Below the pieces are notes generated by a model, which saw only the letters and a program-made list of their open reading frames with translations, did not search any database and had not been told where the DNA came from. A DNA stretch of 11,000 nucleotides from Takakia lepidozioides (Eukaryota > Plantae > Bryophyta), in assembly GCA_030704615.1 (NCBI GenBank), contig JAKLZA010000240.1, positions 1 to 11,000 on the forward strand, in the 5' to 3' direction. Position 1 is the first letter of the stretch. Every line of letters begins with the position of its first letter. Shown in pieces: positions 1-9,130 of this stretch. A program made the position numbers and the translations under genes.

Positions 1-2457
1 ACGCTCGCCAGGAGGAGTGGACCAATTCTGCCATATTCGTGTTCGGCATGTCCGTGTCGGAATCCAAGCACCGCTCCTAGAAGGACACAAACAATGGTGA
101 GGGACCAATCGAAATGTCCGTAACAGAAAGACAAATGAACGAAATTGACAGCAGCCTACCTCCCGCATGTACTGTCCGAACTGTCGATACCGAAAATGCC
201 ACCACCCCAACCAGCTGTGCAATGCTCCCAGATTGGTTGTCTCCACTGCACCTGACGTGTTCCACCAAGCCTCGATGATAGCAAACTTAACCTCCGCATC
301 ATCAAATGTGGGTGCATCCTTCCACGCCGTACAAAGGACACGGTGTTCAGCCTGGAATGAGCTAGCAACAAATTTGGTAGTGTAGTGGGATAGACTCTGC
401 ATCCAATGGAATCCACAGGATCTCTCTTTCCCCTCCATTGGAACATTGGGGTCCTCACCGTACACACGCCGCACCGCTGCCCAGTTGGCCTGAGCGTTGT
501 CTGCCATGAATCCCCTGAAATTGGGCTCTGGCAATCCCGCCCTTGCCATCTGCTTGTTTATGCCCTCCCACAGATGCATCTCGGACTGTGTGTCCTCCCC
601 TTTCATCTCGCAGATTGCAATTGTCATGAGCCTCTTGGAGTGATAGTCATAAACATGCACACCCATAGTCACCCACTGATGGTTTGTAATTCGCTTGATG
701 TGATCAAACATCACCCAAGCATTCGACAAGTTTCCAGTTGTCATGCGAGTGACCAAGTCGACTCCACTCCCAGGCCCACACGTCGACATTTTGAAAATGT
801 AACAATGATCGGATTCGCTGCCTTGCCCTGGAAACCTGCTACCTTGGATGTAGTCATATCCAGTCATTCGTTTCACCTCCAGGATTGAGTACATGTCCGA
901 CCCCCTGCCGAACTCCTGCTTGCAAGATACGATGTGATTCCGCACATTCGGACTACAAACGTGCGAGACGGACTCCAAGAGGTCACGCATCTCGTCTTCG
1001 GTCAAGGGCTCTCGGTCGGAACCATCTTCAGACATGATTTTGCCAAGAGCAATCTTGTGGGCTGCCTTCAGCTGAATCTGCTTTGGTCTGGCTCCGGGGC
1101 TCAATTTCACCTCCTCTTTTATGATGTCGTGTGCTTCCTGCACAGCCTCACGCATGTTGCCTCTCGCCAAGGGGTGGCAGTGGACCCCAACGTGTATGCA
1201 AGCTCTAGTCAAGTCCGGGAGCAAATGGATAACGTAATATTGCTTGGCTCTGCACATGGACATGCACGTCGGTGGTTCTTTGCAATGTGCACACTTGAAA
1301 GAACCCGCAGGAGCTTGGCTGGAGACAATGAATGGATGATGCGTTGTGCCAGTCCAATCCGTCTCGTTTCTCCGCCCTCCTTTGGAGAGAAAGTGGAAGC
1401 AGGTGGGATTGAGGCACCTCAGCTTCCCCGCACAGAGGACATATCGTACACGAACACCATCAGCAATTTTCGTGCTACTGGTCTTCGTCACACACCAGGG
1501 GTGTCCGTCATGCTTTCGATCCATGTCTGTTAACATCCCGGAGGCTTTGTTTGACGAAGAAACAGGTGGAAACTCGAAGATGACATTGCCATCGACTTCG
1601 GGAGGCAGAAACGTTACCTTTCTGACTGGGAATTTGGCATAGTCGAGAGCAGCCAGCTCGGAGCGAGAACCATCGAGGTGATGTTGTCGTAGGAGCTGCA
1701 CAATGGACCGGGTTGGAGTTATGCTCGAGGGCACATTCGTAGCACCGACAGAGACGTCCATGCCGGATTTGAACGACCGTGTGGAGGACATGGGTACCTC
1801 AATGCAATCATCTTCCTCGTCGGAAATGTCGAATACGTCCACACGAGAAGCTATGGAGGGTCTTGACGGTCCAGGTCGGGAATGATTATCGTTGCATACC
1901 TCTCTGTTGGCAGTGGCCGCCTCTCGGTTTCCGGACTCCTTTGTGGATGGTGTGGGCAGCGACTGATTCGGAAAGGGAATGGGCATTCCCACAGCTCGGT
2001 ACAGGATGGTGTCTGATGGGGGAACGTGCCATTCGATTCCGCAACCTCCGTCGTTACCTAGCACGACAATGGTCTCGTCAACCTGTCCAGGAACATCCTT
2101 CCTTTCTTCTTCCAAATAAACTGTGCCCGGTTTGAGCTTGAATTTGGAACAAAGGTAAGTTTCAGTCACTCTGCAAAGTCCTCCCTCGTTTGGGATCCAG
2201 GCTCTCCCAAGTTGCGGAGGACAGCAAACTATAGCGTAGGAATTCGGAGCCATCGAACACCGCACGGAGTTGGCAAGTGCGAGGTTCAGTATAGCGACAG
2301 ACCAAGGCTCACAGGCACCATGCGGAGTCCATCGACGATTGGAAGTCGCACATTGAAGTGGAAAGTATTGTTTCAAGCTACATGCATGAAGGTGGGAGGT
2401 TTGATTCCATAGCCAGTAAGTATGACAATGATGGCCGATTCGGCGACGAAATAACAT
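1..2457 (-). CDS. Mutator/MULE-superfamily DDE transposase with N-terminal GCM-like Zn DNA-binding domain; 3'-partial; exons 2457(or 2253)-160 and 76-<1
   Basis: Manual translation shows no stop from 2544 to 1; first in-frame ATG is 2457, alternative 2253 (MAPNSY). Motifs: WVMFDH (D at 705-703), GFMADNAQANW (D at 501-499), ERSCGFHW (CxxH, 417-406), WLGWWHFR, and after splicing PNTNMAELVHSSW (E at 28-26). This is the D-D-CxxH-W-E order of MULE transposases. Confidence 0.88.
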   Translation of the reverse strand, partial: MLFRRRIGHHCHTYWLWNQTSHLHACSLKQYFPLQCATSNRRWTPHGACEPWSVAILNLALANSVRCSMAPNSYAIVCCPPQLGRAWIPNEGGLCRVTETYLCSKFKLKPGTVYLEEERKDVPGQVDETIVVLGNDGGCGIEWHVPPSDTILYRAVGMPIPFPNQSLPTPSTKESGNREAATANREVCNDNHSRPGPSRPSIASRVDVFDISDEEDDCIEVPMSSTRSFKSGMDVSVGATNVPSSITPTRSIVQLLRQHHLDGSRSELAALDYAKFPVRKVTFLPPEVDGNVIFEFPPVSSSNKASGMLTDMDRKHDGHPWCVTKTSSTKIADGVRVRYVLCAGKLRCLNPTCFHFLSKGGRRNETDWTGTTHHPFIVSSQAPAGSFKCAHCKEPPTCMSMCRAKQYYVIHLLPDLTRACIHVGVHCHPLARGNMREAVQEAHDIIKEEVKLSPGARPKQIQLKAAHKIALGKIMSEDGSDREPLTEDEMRDLLESVSHVCSPNVRNHIVSCKQEFGRGSDMYSILEVKRMTGYDYIQGSRFPGQGSESDHCYIFKMSTCGPGSGVDLVTRMTTGNLSNAWVMFDHIKRITNHQWVTMGVHVYDYHSKRLMTIAICEMKGEDTQSEMHLWEGINKQMARAGLPEPNFRGFMADNAQANWAAVRRVYGEDPNVPMEGKERSCGFHWMQSLSHYTTKFVASSFQAEHRVLCTAWKDAPTFDDAEVKFAIIEAWWNTSGAVETTNLGALHSWLGWWHFRYRQFGQYMREVGCCQFRSFVFLLRTFRLVPHHCLCPSRSGAWIPTRTCRTRIWQNWSTPPGER
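77..159 (-). other. 83-nt spliceosomal intron in the transposase
   Basis: Minus strand reads GAG|GTAGGC...T-rich...TTCTAG|GAG. Removing it brings the NTNMAELVH catalytic-Glu motif into frame; read-through does not. Confidence 0.85.
1171..1509 (-). other. GCM-like zinc-binding domain within the transposase
   Basis: DGHPWCVTKTS...VLCAGKLRCLNPTC...FKCAHCKEPPTCMSMCRAK...CIHVGVHCHP parallels the GCM pattern (GWAMRNT; CLGVxxCxxxC; CPNC...PCRG; KGxHDHP), with Cys/His ligands for two Zn sites. Aligned by eye. Confidence 0.65.
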
Positions 2458-2665
2458 CTCCTGACAGTTTCTCTTGAAGGTGGATCCAGCAGTATTCTCG
2501 GTGCAGACAGGAACGTTCGCACTGACAAGTGCCAGGACTGTTAGTTAAAACGGTCAGACAACCAAGTTGTGCTCATCAAGACTGGCCGCAATGTTGTTTC
2601 GGAACAATGCAACCCATTGAGGTTCCAGATTTCCCGTCCCGAGTGATTCTTTCGATTGCTGGTGG

Positions 2666-4280
2666 ACGGAAATACGGCGCCGCATTTCCGTATTGCATCT
2701 TGGTCATGCACCAGAGCGACGGAAATGCGGCACCGAGTTTCCGTCCGGGGGAAACCTTTATACTCTCCAGAACGGAAATGCGGTAACGCATTTCCATCCA
2801 GCAAGCACGGTATGTGAAGGTGGAACGGAAATGCGGTACCGCATTTCCGTTCTGATTGAGAATTATGAACAACGGGAACAGAAATGCGGCACCGCATTTC
2901 CGTCCGAGTCGCACTTTTCCGACATTCCAGAACGGAAATGCGGCGCCGCATTTCCATTTTGTATCTGATGCATGGAGCTGAGGGATAGAAATGCTGCAGC
3001 ACATTTCCGTCCTTAAAAGACATTCATACTCTCCATAACGGAAATGCGGTACCGCATTTCCATCCAACAAGCACGGTATGTGAAGGTGGAACGGAAATGC
3101 GGTACCGCATTTCCGTTCTGATTGAGAATTATGAACAACGGGAACAGAAATGCGGCACCGCATTTTTGTCGAGTCGCACTTTCCGACATTCCAGAACGGA
3201 AATGCGGCGCCGCATTTCCATTTTGTATCTGATGCATGGAGCCGAGTGCGATTCCGACCGCTTGAGACAGCGCAATTCCGACCGCTTGAGACATTCATAC
3301 TATCCAGAACGGAAATGCGGTACCGCATTTCCGTTCTGACTGAAAATCGTGAACCATCGGAACTGAAATGCGGCAGCGCATTTCCATCCGAGTCGCACCT
3401 CCCAACATTCCAGAACGGAAATGCGGCACCGCATTTCCGTTCTGATGAAATATCCTGAAACATCGGAACTGAAATGCGGTACCGCATTTCCGTCGGAGTC
3501 GCACCTTCCGACATTCCAAAACGGAAATGCGGCGCCGCATTTCCGTTTTGTATGTGAGGCATGGAGCTGTGGAACGAAAATGCGGCACAGCATTTCCGCA
3601 GCGTCAGACGTTAATACTCTACAGAACGGAAATGCGGTACCGCATTTCCGTTCTGACTGAAAATCGTGCGCAACGGGAACAGAAATGCGGCACCGCATTT
3701 CCGTCCGAGTCGCACCTTCCGACATTCTAGAACGGAAATGCGGCGCCGCATTTCCGTTTTGTATATGGGGCCTGGAGCTGTGCTACGGAAATGTGTTGCC
3801 GCATTTCCATCCATGTGAGACCTTCAAACTTTCCAGACCGGAAATGCGGCACCGCATTTCTGTCCAGGTGAGACCTCTATACTTTCCCGAACGGAAATGT
3901 GGCACGGCATTTCCATTCATCAACTAACGTATGTGAAGGGGAACGGAAATGCGGTACCGCATTTCCGTTCACATTGAAAATCATGAACCACGGGAACTGA
4001 AATGTTGTGCCTCATTCCGTCCGAATCGCACCTTTCGACATTCCAGAACGGAAATGCGGCGCCGCATTTCCCTTTTGTATCTCATACATGGAGCTGTGGG
4101 ACGGAAATGCGGCACCGTATTTCCGTTCAACAACTAAGGTATGTGAAGGTGGAACGGAAATGCGGTGCCGCATTTTCTTCCAACAAGTACGGATGTGTAG
4201 CTTCGTGATGGTACTTAACGGAAATGCGGCGCCGCATTCGCATTTTCACTCCAACTCATCAGACGCTGGGACGGAAATGC
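2666..4280. repeat. Tandem array of about 29 palindromes ACGGAAATGCGG-NN-CCGCATTTCCGT, 53-bp period, ~266-bp five-unit higher-order repeat
   Basis: Unit starts: 2666, 2719, 2772, 2825, 2878, 2932, 2985, 3038, 3091, 3144, 3196, 3309, 3362, 3415, 3468, 3521, 3574, 3626, 3679, 3732, 3785, 3838, 3891, 3943, 3996, 4048, 4101, 4154, 4218, plus a half-site at 4271. Copies at 2985 and 3996 are degenerate. Confidence 0.97.
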
Positions 4281-4514
4281 CTTGAAATGTGAACACGTGG
4301 AGCAACGGAATTGCTGCACATGTCGGCACTCTATCTGACTGAAGGGCATGAGGCGGCGCGGCCTGACCGTTGGATAATGATGTTTGTTTTTCGGACGGCA
4401 GGCGTACCCTGAACGATTCGAATTTCGTAATGACGCAAACTCCACGAGGAGACACTTTCGTCCAACCCTTTCGAACCCAAGTGGTGCATCACCGCCGTTT
4501 CATCTACTTTTGTC

Positions 4515-4590
4515 GTGTCTCCTCAGTCACCCCTCTCGCGCCCTTTCCATCTGCACTCTTTGCCCCTTTTCCCTCTCTCTGTTCTTCTTA
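4515..4590 (+). promoter_or_regulatory. Pyrimidine-rich (Y-patch-like) tract upstream of the plus-strand gene; possible core promoter or 5'UTR
   Basis: C/T-rich run (ccctctcgcgccctttccatctgcactctttgccccttttccctctctctgttcttctt) about 90-150 bp upstream of ATG 4677. Function is inferred from position and composition only. Confidence 0.3.
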
Positions 4591-5669
4591 TGCTCGAACC
4601 TGAGAGGGGGGGAGTTCGTGCACCAGACAGGAGACCTCGTCGCAAGCTCCGGAAATTATACTTCGGACGTAGGCCAATGCCGAAGGGGAGGAAGCAGATG
4701 CGTCTACAGGAGGAGATTGCCATCTCCGAGCAGCAGGCCACTCAGGCAACCCAGCCACCAGTGAGAGCTCCATGCGATCGGGCTGCGCGCAGCTGATCGA
4801 GCACCGAACCCCCCATTTTGCTTCTGTAATTCTTAGACTGAATGCTAGGAGACTTGAATGCAGAACATGTTTGCATGCCTAACAGGAAAGGTGGACGTGC
4901 TGGAGGGATCGCAGGAATCCGAAGAGCCGCAGGAAGAGTCCGAGGAGCTAGCTGCAGCACGTACACCCACCCGATCCCCGAGCGCGGGTATTCCTGCCGG
5001 GCCTAGCCCTGTGCGATTCAAAGACGCGGCTTCGAAGGGCAAGTTCAAAGCCCCAGAGATCGACTCGCGTTCTTCGGTCATGGAGAATCGCCAGCAGGGG
5101 TCGGGCCCTTCTCCAGCAAAGTCGAAGAAGAAGCAGCCCGTCCCTCTACTGGCTTCTGAACCGGCTCAGGCCGATTCACCCCCCCCAACGCGAATGAAGC
5201 AGCAGGGTAAAAGACAGATTCAATTGCAGCAGACACCTTCACCTGCAAGGATGAGGAAGCAGAAGGCAATCAGGGCGACGGCCGAACAATCTCCCGCAAA
5301 ACCGCTTCCACGAGCTGAAGCTCAGTTCCTGGAGGATTTCCCGCCTGCAGATGTTGGGGCCGACTCTGCTGCAGCGAAGGCAATGGGATCGACCGTTGAT
5401 CTCGATTTGGTACCGGAGGAGGGTGCTGCCGCTCAACGTTCGCAGCAAGACCTCACCACCGATGAGCAAGCAGGCCCGGAGGAGGCCTCTGCAATGGCAG
5501 AATTGCCCGCAGACAGGCCCCAGAGTGCAGCTCCAGTTGAGGATGCTCCAGCTGCTCAGCCACTACCGGCACCTACAGACATGTCTCCGGAGGATTTCAA
5601 AAGTGCAGCGGATAAAATGTTGGAGGAGACACACAGTAGCATTGGCAGAGTTCTGGGCAGCAGGGTATT

Positions 5670-6112
5670 CCAGCGGACTCTTCGAATCCCACTCTGTCGC
5701 ATGGTCTCCCTTCCATCGTCAGGCAGGCCCTTCCCGGAGATGTGGATAAGCTCAAGTTCGCATTTCGAGAAGGGTACCGTCTGGGATCGGCAGCGTTTTA
5801 CGTTTCCATTGAGAATGAGGACGGCGAAACTCGTGGACCCACTGCCGATGAATTGTCAACGTGGGATACCCACTGGCACACTCGCAACGACGAATTCGAG
5901 GCGACGCTGAAGGGTGATCCAGACTTCGGCCATATGTCTGGTAAAATGTTCTTTGTGTGGGACGGGAATCACCGACTTCTCGCCTGGTGGGAGTACATCA
6001 AGCAGAACCATGCCAAGCACATTGGCTGGCATTACATGGTGGAGTGTGTCATCCTGAAGGTGAAGGCGGCAGACTCCTCCCTGCTCAAGAATGCCATGGC
6101 GGACCTCAACTC
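5670..6112 (+). other. ParB/Sulfiredoxin-like domain
   Basis: After correcting a 1-nt deletion at ~5714: RIPLCRMVSLP-IVRQALPGDVDKLKFAFREGY...FFVWDGNHRLLAW. DGNHRLLA (5961-5984) follows a hydrophobic strand and fits the ParB/Srx GxxRxxA signature. Confidence 0.72.
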
Positions 6113-6142
6113 GTAAGATACTCATACCCTCCCTAGCACGTT

Positions 6143-6164
6143 CGAAATGCGGTGCCGCATTTCG
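6143..6164. repeat. Isolated palindrome copy in intron 6113-6224
   Basis: CGAAATGCGGTGCCGCATTTCG. Confidence 0.92.
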
Positions 6165-7348
6165 GTTTCCATTCTGGTTTGTTTCCGTGCTTCCGTGTAC
6201 TGAACTGGAGAGTGTGCCTTGCAGGGTCACTGAGAATGCGTACGTGCATACCCACATGGCACATATGCTGTACAGGGTGAGGAAAACTGGTCTCACTGAT
6301 CCGCAGATGTTTGCGGAAATGCTGGAGCCCGAGCTCATTCAGAAAGCCGTTGCAAAAACAGACCGGACATGGTATCGTCTCACTATGGATGGAATGGTGG
6401 AGGTGATATACGAAGTAAGTCGTCCTCCAATTTCCCTCTGCTCATCCTTCCCCAATTTCCAGTAATCTTTCCACATGAATCGAATGTAACGCTTCTGCAT
6501 GTTTTTGTTGGCAGTCAAACATCAAGCTGGATTTGGCCCATGCCAAACGCTTCTTCATGGAAAGTGAGGGGCAGGTCAAAACGTTGCAGTCATTGACTGA
6601 GCACTTGAAGGAAGCCGGTGTCAAGTCCAGAACCAAATACAAGTCAAAGCTTGTGAAGCTGGTGGCAATTGCAGATCCGGCACTTGGAAAGGACTTCATC
6701 CCCGAGATTGCAAAACACTATTCTCGGGCCATGCAGCCGACCATGCAATTGGAGAAACTGCATCACCTCTCAACGGCATGTGTGGAGGCGAAAGAGAAGG
6801 TGAGGTTTCAATGCACTGAAGTTCCTTCCTAGCAATAGCCACTCTCTTCCAGCTCCTGACATTGGATCGGAAATGGCAGACACGGTGGCTGTCGATCTGG
6901 AATGCATCCGAGAGCATAAGGACAATGTGGTCTTTTCCACTGGAAGTTTCCGACCCTGCAGTGGATGTGTGGCTCAACCGTATGACTTGGTGGTTCCAGG
7001 TAATTCAAGGTACTTCCCCAGATTTGCTTTTCTGAAATGAATTCCCTGAACTGCTACGTGACAATGCATTTGGGAATCGCAGGTAATGTCGAATGCGAAG
7101 GAGCAAGTCGTAATGCACACAAATTCGTTCGGCTTGTACGTCAAATGGGATGGAACACAGACATTGGAAGACTACGTGACACGTTTCAGATGTGCGTACA
7201 AGGACAACCTTTTGCCAGAGAGCTACAGACAGCAAGAAGGAGCGTGGAGTTTACACATCAGGAGGGAGCGGGGAAAGCTGCAATGCAAATTGTTTACAGG
7301 TGAAGCACAGCTGCCCTTGTATGCGAAGCCTGGTTACGAGGTTTGTCT

Positions 7349-7368
7349 CGGAAATGCGGCACCGCATT
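7349..7368. repeat. Isolated palindrome copy in the intron ending at 7445
   Basis: CGGAAATGCGGCACCGCATT. Confidence 0.9.
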
Positions 7369-8289
7369 CGCATTTTATGTTTTTGGTGGCACTCTGCGAG
7401 TAGGTTGGTCTCAACTTTTGCTCACGCATGCTGACTGCCTTGCAGGTATATGAAATACGTGCTCCTTCAGACAGGGGCCCTGGCTCAAGAGCCCCCGTTC
7501 TTCATGGCTTGGACCGTGGCGGGCCCAAGCTGTGTCTACACACCCGAGATGCAGAAACAATGGCATCCCGCGCATCTCGTTGGATGCCCGTGGTACCTGG
7601 ACATGTCTGGCGTATTGTTGACGAGTCTGAGAAAGATCTGCACGCCTTGGGCAGAAGAGAAGAGAAAGGAAAGACGTGTCCCTGCTGGGCCAAGTCGGCA
7701 AAGGAATCTGCTGCTCTGGAAGAATCCAGAAAGGCAGCTGAGATGGCACAAAAGACGGTGGATGCAGCTGTGCAGGCCCAACAGAAGGGGTCGAAGAAGA
7801 GGACTCGCCAGCAAGGAGCAGCTGTTGTGACACCCGCCAAAACGAAGAAGCAGAAAACAGCCTGTTCAGGAAGAGGGTGAGGAAGAGGACTCCGATGGAG
7901 ACTTTGCAACCAGCCCACCCCCCCAAACGCAGGCTGCCTCCCCTGTGCCCACCGTTGTCACGAGAGGCACGAGAACTGGCTCGGCAAAGAAGGCACTCTT
8001 CAACCCCCCAGGGGGCACCCTTTCGAGCCGGTGGAAATGAAGAGGCCGAAAGTGGCTCCCGAAACAGTAGTCCAGTGTGTAAATGAGAGTTTCTTGGCGG
8101 CTTTGGATGGACGGGCAGCCAAGTTGGCATACATGAAGACCATGGAGGGTCTGAAGGGCAGAGCACTGAAGAAGGCGACTGCCGAAGAGCCTTCCGACAC
8201 CCCAGGATTTCAGAATATGGTCTCGTTCTTTGAGAGGGTGTGTGCAGACAAGGAATTGTAGGAGGGGCGGAAATGCATGCCACCGAGTT

Positions 8290-9130
8290 GGTCTTGCGAT
8301 ATGATCATTTGGATATTCCGGACGGAGAGCCTGTGGAAGGACTGCCAAGCTTTTTGCCATCTTGGAACAGGTACTCGGAGGACTTTTGAAGAAAGGATTC
8401 GGGCTTGCCCGCATGGTGTTGGACGACAGAGGCTGTGTGTTGTCCCCTGGCGAGCAGAGGAAAAAACACTCAGACAGGAATTGCGAAGTGGACCCGCAAG
8501 AGCGCCGTCCCGATTCTGAAAAAGAAGTGGACGTGCATCAACACACTGGGCCTTCTCGGTCGGAAGGGAAGAAGGTGATTTACGACACTGGCACTCGTCC
8601 ATTCATTTTGCTTTGGGTTTTTTTTCAAATGCGGTGCCGCATTGGTTTTAATAATCGTTTCCCCCCCTGTGTATGCAGACGAAGCAGTTTCGATGCATAC
8701 TGCTTTTTGTGAAGGGAAAACTCCACCTTTGCTTTCTCCGGAAGGAGGGAGGAAAGGTTGACCCGAATTGCGACCCCTCGATTACGAGTTCTGTTCAACA
8801 ACGTTCCCAAGGAACTTCTCCCTCATAGCCTCACTTCAACGGAACCCCTGCGGTACTCACGGACTCGGAGCCCTGCCTTTCATTCAGACAATTATGGAGA
8901 CATGCACAGACGTGGAGGGCACAGTGCTCGACCTCATCTGTGGGACAGGTGTGCAAATCTTGATCTATGCTGTTCTGCAAATTCTCGTTAGGATGTAGTT
9001 CGCAACATCTGAAGCGCCATGTGGTAATGTGTGGATGGCATTCTAACAGGTGCCTCAATGTGGGCTGGGCGGTTTTCCGACCGGCACCTCTTTGCCTACG
9101 AGGAGGATTCATCCGTGTGGGGATCCCATC
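8290..9130 (+). other. N4-cytosine/N6-adenine DNA methyltransferase-like domain, beta-class motif order
   Basis: Motif IV-like CDMII(L)DIPDG (DIPD at 8312-8323) lies upstream of RSPAFIQTIMETCTDVEGTVLDLICGT|GASMWAGRFSDRHLFAYEED, joined across intron 8949-9049. This matches the KPxxLxxxLIxxxSxxGDxVLDPFxGSGTTxxAAxxxGRxxIGxE pattern of beta-class amino-MTases. Confidence 0.75.
8628..8643. repeat. Isolated palindrome copy in intron 8575-8678
   Basis: AATGCGGTGCCGCATT. Confidence 0.88.

Noticed and set aside
167-2412. Plus-strand ORFs (e.g. 406-888, 934-1533, 1779-2135)
   Set aside because: They are antisense shadows of the minus-strand transposase and show no recognisable motifs.
1-2457. En/Spm (CACTA) TnpD-type transposase, suggested by the CACTA-like end
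   Set aside because: The motif layout (MFD...FMAD...CxFHW...NxxExxH) fits MULE transposases; no Tnp2-type motifs were recognised.
2666-4280. CRISPR array (palindromic repeats with constant-length spacers)
   Set aside because: Spacers recur in five classes rather than being unique, no cas genes are present, the context is intron-containing eukaryotic DNA, and the repeat is also scattered in introns.
2529-4455. Many ORFs on both strands with KCGTAFP / EMRxRIS / GNAAPHF repeats
   Set aside because: These are translations of the palindromic array; the same peptides appear on both strands and in all frames.
5715-5910. C-terminal part of the 350-aa ORF 4858-5910 as a real protein end
   Set aside because: The ParB-like sequence continues in another frame from ~5715; the tail is frameshift read-through.
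7411-8602. Minus-strand ORFs 7411-8283, 7502-7918, 7866-8414, 8210-8602
   Set aside because: They are antisense to the plus-strand gene, whose splice signals and domain motifs all lie on the plus strand.
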